In this document: positions 12,240 through 22,430 of the stretch, piece by piece
Layout: every line of letters starts with the position of its first letter
Position numbering within the stretch: the first letter of the stretch is position 1
NCBI GenBank assembly: GCA_964016885.1
Contig: OZ024740.1
Span: 38,936,001 to 39,000,000, forward strand
Direction: 5' to 3'
Length of the DNA: 64,000 nucleotides
Source of the DNA: Eledone cirrhosa
Lineage: Eukaryota
Notes under the pieces: model-generated
Database searches by the model: none
What the model was told of the DNA's origin: nothing
What the model saw: only the letters and a program-made list of their open reading frames with translations
Program-made: the position numbers and the translations under genes

Positions 12240-12418
12240 TGGCAGTATCGGTAGAGGGTCGGACGCCATGCTTTGACGTATAGAGTTACGGCCCTTGCCA
12301 TTCTGAGTTCAAATCCCGCCAAGGTTAACTTTGCCTTTCATCCTTACGGGGTCGATAAAATAAAGTACCAGTAATGCACTGGGTAATTGCTGGCCTTGTG
12401 CCTAACGTAGAAACAATT
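12240..12418 (+). mobile_element. Young tRNA-derived SINE with TSD
   Basis: Family consensus. ATTATATGGTTTATT is duplicated at both ends. Confidence 0.9.
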
Positions 12419-12640
12419 ATATGGTTTATTATACATGTAGCTTCGTAACTTATATATACTGTATATAAAATATCTTCCCTGTGTCCAATATGGCGTATTG
12501 GATGTTGGAAGGCCAAACGGAGGGTGAGGACAATCATGGTTAAAACAATTTAGTTTGTATTTTATTAGTATTACTAATACAGTAATACAATACAGATTAT
12601 AGAAGCAAAATGATGTCGAACTTTTAGAAGAAGTTAATAT

Positions 12641-13174
12641 TGTAGGATGTTCACCAATTTAGAACGTGCATTTTTGTGTTATTGTTAATTGAGAGAGTTA
12701 ATGAATATATATGTTGTGTTAAGAATGTATGTATTTGTTTGTGTATTGTATCACAGAGAGTAACCGAAGAAGCAGTTCAAGGGAATGTTGTGGAAAATAT
12801 CATCATACTACTTTATAACGTTTATAATATATAATTTATTTACAAACCGATTACAAAGGTTTAGCTGGCATGCCATAATGAAGTGAATAGACAAATTAAG
12901 AGTTTAAGGAGGTACGGTCAACTGGCTGAGGCGTTAGCCAGACCCGTAGTGATATTTGTTGCTACATATTGTCTATGCTTGAGGAACGAAATCAAGAGAT
13001 GTTTACCTTGGTGGTGTCGAGCTGCAAGAGAGAGATTTTCGAAGCGAAGCGGGGAATTTTTCCCTTTCGGTGGAAGTTGAAATACATTTCCCTACGCTGG
13101 TAGCGATTGGCTGAACTGAGTCAAACAACGTACGGAGAATATATTCAAGAGCCATCAGAATGTAGGTCACTACA
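12641..13174. mobile_element. Possible solo LTR, nested in a decayed pogo/Tigger-like element (~12458-13323)
   Basis: TGTAG...CTACA terminal inverted repeat with poor TSD (AATAT/AACTT). The outer element ends GGCGTCTTATA...GGCAAATACG-TTA, as in pogo-type MITEs. Confidence 0.3.
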
Positions 13175-13449
13175 AACTTATATAAGAGTTTCTGAGAAAA
13201 CGATGAAATAACTTTTAATAAATTTATGAAGAAATGTACTAAAATTCTTTTTTCTCAAAATGTCCTTGTAAAACCATGTGGCGTCTTATATGAATGGGCG
13301 TCCAATAGGTTGGCAAATACGTTAGTTCATTATATATGTAGCTTTCTGGAGTATGTTATATAGTCCATTGGTTCATTATGTATGTAGATATGAAGATGTA
13401 CAATATTCAGAATGTACAGTCAATCAATTTACAGTAAAACAATGGAGTC

Positions 13450-13977
13450 CCTTACAATATATAGAGCCTACATCTAAAGTTAATCATATTCACATTGGAT
13501 ACAACTGAAAAGACCATGAAACCCTGAACTGGGTCTGGAATAAGATAAAAGTATTCTTCATATGGAAATAAAGAACAAGAAAACCAACTTTAACCTGCAA
13601 CAAGATAAATCGCATACTTGTTAGCATCAAGTCTGATATTATATGTACTTATGGAAATTCCAAAACCTTGTAAATAAAATATATTCTAAACACGTAAACA
13701 TCAGTAGAATTTACTGCCTGAATTTATAACTAAATTATAAATAAATGATCGGTGGAATTTCAGTTTTCGGTAAAAGAAGGACGGATCGATTACTTGATCA
13801 GCTTGATAATTGTTGTCATAAAATTCTAATAGGTTTGTTCTGTTTGATAAAGATAATGGTATTTTCGAAGAAGTGCCAACGAATAACTTCACATTGAAAG
13901 CCGTATTTCTAATCTCACACTTCGAGGAAATAACAGAAGTGATAAAACAAAATAATATTTGCAGCGATGTGTTGTAG
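13450..13977 (+). pseudogene. Possible decayed TIR-domain coding remnant
   Basis: HIHIGYN*KDHETLNWVWNKIKVFF resembles TIR box 1 / DxxWV. Later FVLFDKDNGIFEEVPTNNFTLKAVFLISHF; multiple stops. Confidence 0.25.
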
Positions 13978-14411
13978 ATGTATAGGACATTGTTACAACA
14001 TGAGATCATGCAAAGGAACAATGAACTATGTATCTGAGAAAGAACTAAGAGGAATTTACTTCTGGAGAGGGATAGGCTCCGCCAGGCTTAAAGTGCCCAA
14101 GAAACACCGTATATCAATATGGTGCCCCTACGACTCTACCAGGAGTTACGGGACCATACATACATATTAAACCATACGCATCTGTAAATAACAAAATCTA
14201 TTTATATTAAAGGCCAAAATTAAAATTCTAAGTCTCACTCGGAAACAATGAGCGAAAGCTATGACTAAATTAACCCAATCTAGCCAGCAACTATTCAAAG
14301 TTAAAAAATGTAATACTATAAATTACGAAACTCCAGCCTTGAAATTTATAAGAAATATTTATAATGTTAAAGAATCAATTTTTTTACATGTGTTATTTAT
14401 GGAATTAAATG

Positions 14412-14620
14412 TGGTGGACTAGCAGAGTCATTAGAGCATCGGACAAATGCTTCGATTTGTTTAGATTCTTTACTTTCTGAGTTCAAATCCCGTCATGGTC
14501 AACTTTGTCATCCTTCCGGGGTCGATAAAATAAAATACTAGTAAAGTACTGAGGTTGATATAATCAACTTTCTCCTCCACCCACCATATTGCCGGCCTTA
14601 TCCCAAATAAGAAGCTGTTA
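14412..14620 (+). mobile_element. Old tRNA-derived SINE
   Basis: GAGTTCAAATCCCG B box and CATCCTTCCGGGGTCGATAAAATAAAATAC. Confidence 0.8.
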
Positions 14621-14689
14621 TTTATGCGAATATAGGAATATGGAATAGTTCAAAATAGAATATGAATATATAGAAATGTGAATATTGTA

Positions 14690-14935
14690 GACATTCGGCC
14701 CCGAATTGGTATATCTATGACTAAACGGGTGTCAATCTTAACCATTCAGTTCTAAATCAGTATATCTATGATTAAAAGTGCCAGTGATGACTATTTTTCC
14801 GCCCTGTATCAGTATAGTTATAACCAAAGGTATGTCAATCTTGACCATTAGGCCCTGATTCGGTATATCTATGATTAAAAGCGCGTCAATGTTGACCATT
14901 CCGCCCTGAATCAGTATATCTATGACCAAAGGGTC
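14690..14935. repeat. ~51-bp diverged tandem repeat x5
   Basis: Recurring GTATATCTATGA...GTCAAT...ACCATT. Confidence 0.75.
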
Positions 14936-15036
14936 AATGAAATAAAGTACCAATGAAGTATTGGAGTCGATTTAATCGACTCCCCCTCCCCCCAACAAAT
15001 TGCTGGTTTAGTCCCTAGATTAAAGCTTATTTTTAA

Positions 15037-15380
15037 GGGCATGCAGTTTTCCTCTGTCTGGTGGCGGTAACTAAAGAGGTTGTGTGGTGGACCAGGTTAA
15101 AAGGACTGAAGACAGACACTTTTCTCTTTGGTCAATACCTCATCAATTTTTTCAAGTTTCACTTGGAAAGGAAGGTGAGGGTGGAGAGAGAAGTGTTGCC
15201 CACCACGCCAGTACATTTGCTAAAAGGTGAGTGAATGTTGCAAGAATAGCCCGTGTCAATGGGCCTCCTCTGGGTATGCGCCTGTAGGTGGATTGATTTG
15301 AGAAGGAGAGGGCTGCCTTCCCGGATGCTCTCGAAGCGTCAGGTGTTTCAAGATTGGTGAGGTACCTGGGTCGCCCCTAG
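15037..15380 (+). mobile_element. L1/Tx1-clade LINE 3' fragment
   Basis: GHAVFLCLVAVTKEVVWWTRLKGLKTDTFLFGQYLINFFKFHLERKVRVEREVL...FAKR*VNVAR, with the KxxxWxxR and FxxxW motifs of the Tx1 ORF2 C-terminus. Stop at 15285-15287. Confidence 0.65.
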
Positions 15381-15382
15381 GT

Positions 15383-15678
15383 GGTTAAATTTGCCTTTCA
15401 TCCTTACGGAGTCGATAAAATAAAGTACCAGTAATGTACTGGGTAATTGCTGGCCTTTAGTAGAAATCATTATTATTCGGACACCAAAGGCGGTGGATGG
15501 CAGTATCGGTAGAGGGTCGGATCCCATGCTTTCCAGCATAGTTACGTCTCTTAACGATCTGAGTTCAAATCCCGCTGAGGTTGACTTTGCCTTTCATCCT
15601 TACGGGGTCGATAAAATAAAGTACCAGTAATACACTGGGTAATTGCTGGCCTTGTGCCAAAAGTAGAAACAATTATTA
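15383..15678 (+). mobile_element. SINE 3' half (15383-15478) followed by a full SINE (15489-15678)
   Basis: Family consensus; GGCGGTGGATGGCAG start of the second copy. Confidence 0.85.
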
Positions 15679-15977
15679 TCATTGTTGTTGTTGTTACTAC
15701 AAAATGCCATTGTACTATTTGCTCTGGCTCTTTACATTCTTTTTCAACGTTATCCAATATCTCCTGTCTTTTGAAGACAGTATCATGTGATTTGGTTATT
15801 TCTAGCTGGCCGCAGGACTGTGTAGAATATGTTGACTTGTCAGCTTGCTGTAGATTCTCAGGACAGCCAGTTCTCAATTCCGTGTGGTTGCTTGTAAAAT
15901 TAAAATGTGTATGTATGTATGTATGTATGTATGTATGTATGTATGTATGTATGTATGTATGTATGTATGTATGTATG

Positions 15978-16584
15978 TCAGGTCACCAGTTGGCGCTACT
16001 GGTAACATGTAACTCAGTACAACCTGTCTCATGGTCGGGTCGTTGGTGACTAAACTGGCAACCCCACCAAGGTTTCTTGGTGAGGAGGGTGACTTTGGAC
16101 ATCCTGCAGGACTAAAAACAAAACCTGTCAAAGGGCAAAGGAGCTCTTAAGAGTCAATGGCCATCCAAAATCACCGGGAGAGATGACCCCTTAGCCTTTG
16201 TCAAGGCAGAATTCTAGGAGAAGGAAAACTCTTATATAACACCTGCAACCCTGATGGTATCCAATGATGTTGACTTGTTCTTCTTTTTGGTAAATATCAT
16301 CTTGGTTAAGAGAGTGGGACTGGCTTTGTGCAGTACCTTTGCTCACTATAAAAACTTCACGGCACAGGCATTGCTTTATATCTGGAGATCTCTCTGCACT
16401 TGTCGTTACATGGTACCATGGGCCCAGCACTATGTGTCAATAATTGTCACAAGTGTAGTGTTTGTACCAGAGTTTTCAAGTCGCTGGCTGGACTAAAAAG
16501 TCACACTCGTTCAGCGCATCGGTAGTGGTTCTCCTACATGGATATAAAGTAGTGGCCGTACTCGAAAACGAGTTGGCAGCCACC
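15978..16584 (+). mobile_element. Family A: bipartite RTE-derived non-autonomous retroelement, copy 1 (full length)
   Basis: Contains the RTE 5'UTR motif CTAGGAGAAGGAAAACTCT and a C-terminal C2H2 remnant [22 protein letters not shown]. The 3' end is CTCGAAAACGAG hairpin + GCAGCCACC(ATGT)n. Flanked by (TATG)n. Confidence 0.85.
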
Positions 16585-16603
16585 ATGTATGTATGTATGT
16601 ATG

Positions 16604-16886
16604 TAGCCTTTGTCAGGGCATTATTCTAGGAGAAGGCAATTCAGGAAACTGGGATAACTCCGATATAAAACCAGCGGCTCAGTAGTTACCGATGATGTTG
16701 ATCTTTTCTTCTTTTCGGATTACAGCTACTGTCGCTCAGAGAGTGGGATTGGTTCAGTGCACAGTATTTCCTCACTTTAAAAAATATCTTCATGCACAGG
16801 CATTGCACGATAGAATTAATTAATAATTATTAATAATGGTATATTATGCAATGGCCATACTCGATAACGAGGGGGCAGCCGTCATC
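16604..16886 (+). mobile_element. Family B: related RTE-derived element, 5'-truncated
   Basis: TAGCCTTTGTCAGGGC...CTAGGAGAAGG and 3' GGCCATACTCGATAACGAGGGGGCAGCC + (ATGT)n. Homologous to A but distinct. Confidence 0.75.
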
Positions 16887-16901
16887 ATGTATGTATGTAT
16901 G

Positions 16902-17748
16902 TTCTTCTGGTTTTATAATTTTATACATATTTACCAATAGTGAGAGAGTCGGTTTCTAGCATAGATACAAAACTCTCTCATTGGAATTTAAACATCAACT
17001 AGGTAGATATGTCTGCACGCATGCATGTGTGGATGTTAATGTATGTGTGGATGTGTATATTTTGAGTTATATGTGTGCATGTGAATATACTTTGTATCTG
17101 TACATGTGTATATGTACATGTGCTATTAGATGCAGAATTTTTGGAATGTTTTACATATTTTTACTGTTCCATTAATGGATTATACTTGTAATTTCCTAAC
17201 TAGTCGTTTTCTTTCTGTTTCTGTGAAGTCCAGCTTCTCAAAATTTGTACTGAGGCAGTTACTAACATCTCCCAGTGCCCCAATAATCACTGGTATAAAT
17301 CTGAAGGTGGAGTATCTGCAGATTTCTCATTAGTTCTGCATAAATATTCTCCTTTTCACTGATCTTTAATATTATATTGGCATCTGCTGGGCAGCTAACT
17401 TCCACTACTGTGCATGCCTTCTTTTCCCTGTCCCATATTATATCTGGTCTGTTATGCCTGCATTTTATTGGGGTTTTGACTGGAACATTCTACCAGTATT
17501 CTTTCATATTATGTATGTATATGTCCTCCATACTGCTGTAACTTTTAATGTGTTTATTGTCGGGGCTATCTTTTCTATGGATTGCATTGTACAGTGTTTT
17601 CGCCACTACATCATGCCTCATAGGTAGATAAATACCGTGATGACATCTTTGGACAGCAGCTTATGACATGGGTAACATCGTCGATGTTAATTCTGCAGAG
17701 TCTGCATTTGTTGTCACATCTAGGTGTTTTGTCTGTATCCCTATTTCT
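16902..17748 (-). mobile_element. R4/Dong-like RLE non-LTR retrotransposon 3' fragment
   Basis: Translation: CRLCRINIDDVTHVISCCPKM (CCHC knuckle), RHDVVAK, HNRPDII, VVEVSCP, KISEKENIY (restriction-like endonuclease), with a stop at 17126-17128. The 3'UTR ends ATAAAACCAGAAGAA(CATA)n. Confidence 0.8.
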
Positions 17749-18420
17749 GTATGTATGTATGTATGTATGTATGTATGTATGTATGTATGTATGTATGTAT
17801 GTATGTGTCTGTATATGTATGTGTGTTTTAGTTTGAAATATATATATAAATATAGGAATCATGAGATATTTCTATAAACAAATACTACTAAGTCAACTAC
17901 GTAAATAGTACATACAGACATACATGCATATTGAAAATACGATCATTATCCAGCTATTAGTTTATATTTTAACTTTGGCCTTTAATATAAACAGATTTTG
18001 TTATTTACAGATGAGTATAGTTTAATAAATCAACCTACAAATAAACAGATGTAGGCTTCTTAATCAATTTTTCATGAGATTAAGAACAAGATTAACGAAT
18101 TTTCGTCAATTGAACTTTTAAACACCTGTATTTGCCAAAAAGAATATATTCCTTTAAAACATGGACAAACCAATAAGTATTGACCTGTGTAGGTTATCAA
18201 TAGATCTGTAGAGTTTATATTAATATATTTTCACTAAATCTATAAATTACAATTATTTGTTTGTAGAAATATGTTATAATTTCTATATTTATATAAATAT
18301 TTAGAACTAAAACACTTTCACATACATATAGATACACGCATACAGACACATACAATACATACATACATACATACATACATACATACATACATACATACAT
18401 ACATACATACATACATACAT

Positions 18421-18603
18421 ACATGATGGCTGCCCCCTCGTTATCGAGTATGACCATTGCTGTAGGACTTGTTTCTATTAAAGGCCAAAGTTAAAATATA
18501 AACTAATAGCTGGATAATGATCGTATTTTCATTATTAGTAATTATTAATTCATTCCATCGTGCAATGCCTGTGCGCAAAGATTATTTTAAAGTGAAGAAA
18601 TAC
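18421..18603 (-). mobile_element. Family B 3' fragment interrupted by a ~70-bp templated insertion
   Basis: 18421-18460 and 18531-18603 match B; 18461-18531 is foreign. Confidence 0.65.
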
Positions 18604-18727
18604 ATACATACATACATACATACATACATACATGTATTCATACATACATACATGCATACATACATACATACATACATACATACATACATACATACATACA
18701 TACATACATACATACATACATACATAC

Positions 18728-19138
18728 ATCTGCAGATACTCCACCCTGATTATACCTTCAGATTTATGCCTGTGATTATTGGGTCACTGGGGTATGTTAG
18801 TAACTGCCTCAATACAAATCTTGAGAAGCTAGGGTTCACAGGAACAGAAAGAACATACCTAGTTAGGAAATTACAAGTACAATCCATTAATGGAACAGTA
18901 AAAATATGTAAAACATTCCAAACATTTTGCATCTAATAACTGCATATACACATGTACAGATGCAAAGCATATACATATGCACGCATACAACTCAAAACAT
19001 ACACATCCACACATACAATAACATCCCTATCTACACATGCATACATATCTACCTAGTTGATGTTGTGTAAATTCCAATGAGAGAGTCTTGTGCCTATGTT
19101 AGAAACCGACTCTCTCTCTATTGGTAAAACCAGAAGAA
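18728..19138 (+). mobile_element. R4/Dong-like element 3' fragment
   Basis: [36 protein letters not shown]...INGTVKICKTFQTFCI*. Same 3'UTR ending CAGAAGAA(CATA)n; (CATA)n on both sides. Confidence 0.8.
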
Positions 19139-19235
19139 CATACATACATACATACATACATACATACATACATACATACATACATACATACATACATACA
19201 TACATACATACATACATACATACATACATACATAC

Positions 19236-19435
19236 GCTGTGAAAATTAGGAAGACATTCCAAAAATTCTCCATTTTACTAGAAGCAACACATAAAACATC
19301 AAGCAAGCATTCGTATATTAAACATATCTACCTAGTTGATGTTGTGTAAATTCCAATGAGAGAGTCTTGTGTCTATGTTAGAAACCGACTCTCTCTCTAT
19401 TGGTAAAACTTTGTGAAATTATAAAACCAGAAGAA
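19236..19435 (+). mobile_element. Short R4/Dong-like 3' end
   Basis: GTGAAAATTAGGAAGACATTCCAAAAATTC (ORF end) plus 3'UTR ...ATAAAACCAGAAGAA(CATA)n. Confidence 0.7.
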
Positions 19436-19497
19436 CATACATACATACATACATACATACATACATACATACATACATACATACATACATACATACA

Positions 19498-20083
19498 TGA
19501 TAACTGCCACTTCTTTACAGAAGACGGCCATCTCTTCAACGAATTCCCTGCTATCATTCATAAACCACTGATAACTGCAGACTGCTGGCCAGTTTGATGA
19601 CAGAACAGGCTTTGTTTAGGTCATCTTTTGTAGACACTTCTCATATGGTATAGGTGAGCAGTGTGTCCCCAAAAAGGGCTGCTCAGACGATCAAGACTTT
19701 GCCGAAGCATATTGCTATTCAGGTTAACAGTGCAACGATGTTAGGATAAGACTCAAGCCGCCCACATGTAGGTTTGTGGCTGTGTCTTTCTAACCGGTTG
19801 AGTCAGCACACATTGCCACTACTTCACTGCTGTAGGACTTGTGAAGAAATATCTGCACATAAAGATAGCAATGCTATGTGATTGTACTGCACACATAGCA
19901 CCCACTCCATCCCTGCAGTTATGTGTCCAATGACGGCCATTGCTTTGTGCAGCTGGGTTTCCACTTATCCTCCTCATCAGACCAAGGTCCTGTAGGTGAG
20001 CCGATTAAGTCGCCGACCACCCGACCATGAAACAGATTGTACTGGGCTAAATGGTACCAGTAACAGGTAGAGACCTGACCTGA
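19498..20083 (-). mobile_element. Family C: element sharing the 5' structured leader of family A
   Basis: Minus strand starts TCAGGTCAGG...TACTGG...CCAGTACAA...CATGGTCGGG...GGCGACTTAA, aligning with A's first ~115 nt. The body is different. Embedded in (CATA)n. Confidence 0.65.
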
Positions 20084-20106
20084 TATACATACATACATAC
20101 ATACGT

Positions 20107-20510
20107 GGTGGCTGCCAACTCGTTTTCGAGTATGGCCACTACTTTATATCCATGTAGGAGAACCCCTACCGATGCGCTGAACGAGTGTGACTTTTTAGTC
20201 CAGCCAGCGACTTGAAAACTCTGGTACAAACGCTACACTTGTCAATTATTGACACATAGTGCTGGGCCCATGGTACCATGTGACGACAAGTGCAGAGAGA
20301 TCTCCAGATATAAAGCAATGCCTGTGCTGTGAAGCTTTTAGAGTGAGCAAAGGCACTGCACAAAGCCAGTCCCACTCTCTTAACCAAGATGATATTTACC
20401 AAAAAGAACAAGTCAACATCATTGGATACCATCAGGGTTGCAGGTGTTATATCAGAGTTTTCCTTCTCCTAGAATTCTGCCTTGACAAAGGCTAAGGGGT
20501 CATCTCTCCC
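20107..20510 (-). mobile_element. Family A copy 2 (5'-truncated)
   Basis: Reverse complement of the A 3' 400 bp; (CATA)n flanks. Confidence 0.85.
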
Positions 20511-20572
20511 ACATACATACATACATACATACATACATACATACATACATACATACATACATACATACATAC

Positions 20573-20723
20573 GCCGTGAAAATTAGGAAGACATTCCAAA
20601 AATTCTCCATTTTACTAGAAGCAACACATAAAACATCAAGCAAGCATTCGTATATTAAACATATATGGACACTCATTACATGAGTGCAAATCCATTGGCA
20701 CACCAACAAATAGCCACAAAACA
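20573..20723 (+). mobile_element. Short R4/Dong-like 3' fragment
   Basis: First ~90 bp near-identical to 19236-19326, with the same start point after (CATA)n. Confidence 0.6.
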
Positions 20724-20822
20724 TTCACACACACACACACACACACATATGTCTGCATGAACTAGTACTTACATATTCACAATTCCCTGCATAGGCACAG
20801 ACACACAAACCCACAACACAGC

Positions 20823-21092
20823 CGCACACACACTCACACATATGCACACACACACACTCACATATATGCACACACACTCACATATATGTACACACACTCA
20901 TATATATGCACACACACTCACATATATGCACACACACTCATATATATGCACACACACTCATATATATGCACACACACTCATATATATGCACACACACACT
21001 CATATATATATGCCCACACACTCACATATATTCACACACACTCATATATATGCACACACACTCATATATATGCACACACACTCACACATATG
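20823..21092. repeat. 20-bp CA/TA-derived minisatellite
   Basis: ATATATGCACACACACTCAT units. Confidence 0.9.
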
Positions 21093-21109
21093 CTTACTTG
21101 CACTAGTAG

Positions 21110-21585
21110 CTATATATTCGCAAGTCCCTAGAACTGAAACAGACCAAGAAACATTATAACTTTGTTAGTGGCCGGTTTGAAGTATGGGAAGAGGAAGTTA
21201 AATAAATCTCAGGGAAAAATTATATATCTATACATAGGACTGGAATTTGGCCAGAACAAAAGCTCATATCGTGTACTGCAAACTATATAGAAAATCTCAT
21301 AAATGATGGCTTTTACATCGTCCTTCTACTGATTAGTGAAAATTACCAAATGTTTTGATATAGACGAGAATACAGTCTGTAATAGTTTAACACTTAATCT
21401 CCTGTACCACATAAAACTGCATTAGCAACACATTCTAAAAAATACTAAGCAGCACTATGATTGCATCATATTGAAAACTGATACTGCAAATTTGCACAAC
21501 AATCTGTTCTGTACTAAAGATACTATAAACATTTCAATTAACAAACCTTTTTAGATATTTTCTGTTATATCATTATAGGATGTAT
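21110..21585 (+). pseudogene. Possible decayed TIR-domain coding remnant
   Basis: ETDQETL / FVSGRFEVWEE / YISIHRTGIWPEQKLISCTANYIENLINDGFYIVLLLISENYQ resembles the TIR BB-loop (IHxRDFxPG) and IxxLSxNY; several stops. Confidence 0.3.
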
Positions 21586-21590
21586 TCACA

Positions 21591-21712
21591 CTGTTAACAG
21601 AGGGTCCTATCGTAAGCAACCGTTTCCACTTGGTCCGGTTGGTTCCTTGAGCGGTACCAGCCGAACTCATGGATGTTATTCAACCATCTTACTCGTGGTC
21701 TATCTCCTTAGA
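21591..21712 (-). mobile_element. RTE LINE 3' fragment, same family as 107-326
   Basis: Reverse complement AGATGGTTGAATAACATCCATGAGTTCGGCTGG...GGAAACGGTTGCTT...AGGACCCTCTG aligns to 189-281. Confidence 0.75.
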
Positions 21713-21893
21713 TATTCTGGCCAATATCAGTTAGAAATAGTGTTAATACTGTTACTACCAGTATTACCACAATTGGTAACATTTATATCTCATTGGATAA
21801 CAAGGAAAAATTGGTTGATTTACATCAAAAGCTTGCGAATTTTAATTTCTCAACCTAGTGACAATTTAATGCCTTCGAAATGTGCATAATAGG

Positions 21894-21977
21894 TGTAAAA
21901 TGTAAAACAGTCTCTTCTTCTTACATAATATATATATATATATTATGTAAGAAGAAGAGACTGTTTTACATTTTACA
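21894..21977. repeat. 84-bp perfect palindrome centred on (TA)n
   Basis: TGTAAAATGTAAAACAGTCTCTTCTTCTTACATAATATATAT followed by its exact reverse complement, with no spacer. Confidence 0.9.
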
Positions 21978-22430
21978 TCGTCACATAACACCAATTATGC
22001 ACGTTGAGTTAACGACTATTTCTCTACCAATAATTTGGTTATAAGTGTTATATTTCAGAGAATTTAGTGTTTGATCCAAATGCCTGAGCTAATTTTACCT
22101 TTTATTCAATAAAGATATCCTTATAATGTAAAATTTTATTCAATAATAATATTTTTATTATGTAAATTTTATATAATATTATAAAAATGCAAAGGAAGGA
22201 GGTTTGTTGAGTTAGTAAAATAAAGGGGCCTTAACTCTCGATGGAGTCGTATGGGTGCCTTCTTGACACACATTGTGTAGTGGACATTTTAAACCTGGCA
22301 GGACACACCCCTCTCCAGGTCAGAACAAGCGATTTGTTCTAGAGAAAAAAATCGACTCCAGTACTGGACAGAAACTTATTTATCAACCTCGAAATGATGA
22401 CAGGCAAAGGGAACCCTTTATATATACCAT

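Noticed and set aside
16191-16496. Recurrent 79-80-aa ORFs (MLGPWYH..., MVSNDVD..., MTGFVFS...) as a gene family
   Set aside because: They recur only because family A copies are young. They overlap the RTE 5' UTR, occur on both strands and are broken in several copies.
19945-19985. Hammerhead ribozyme in family C (minus strand CTGATGAG...GAAAC)
   Set aside because: No stem II can form between CTGATGA and GAAAC, and the motif is not conserved in family A.
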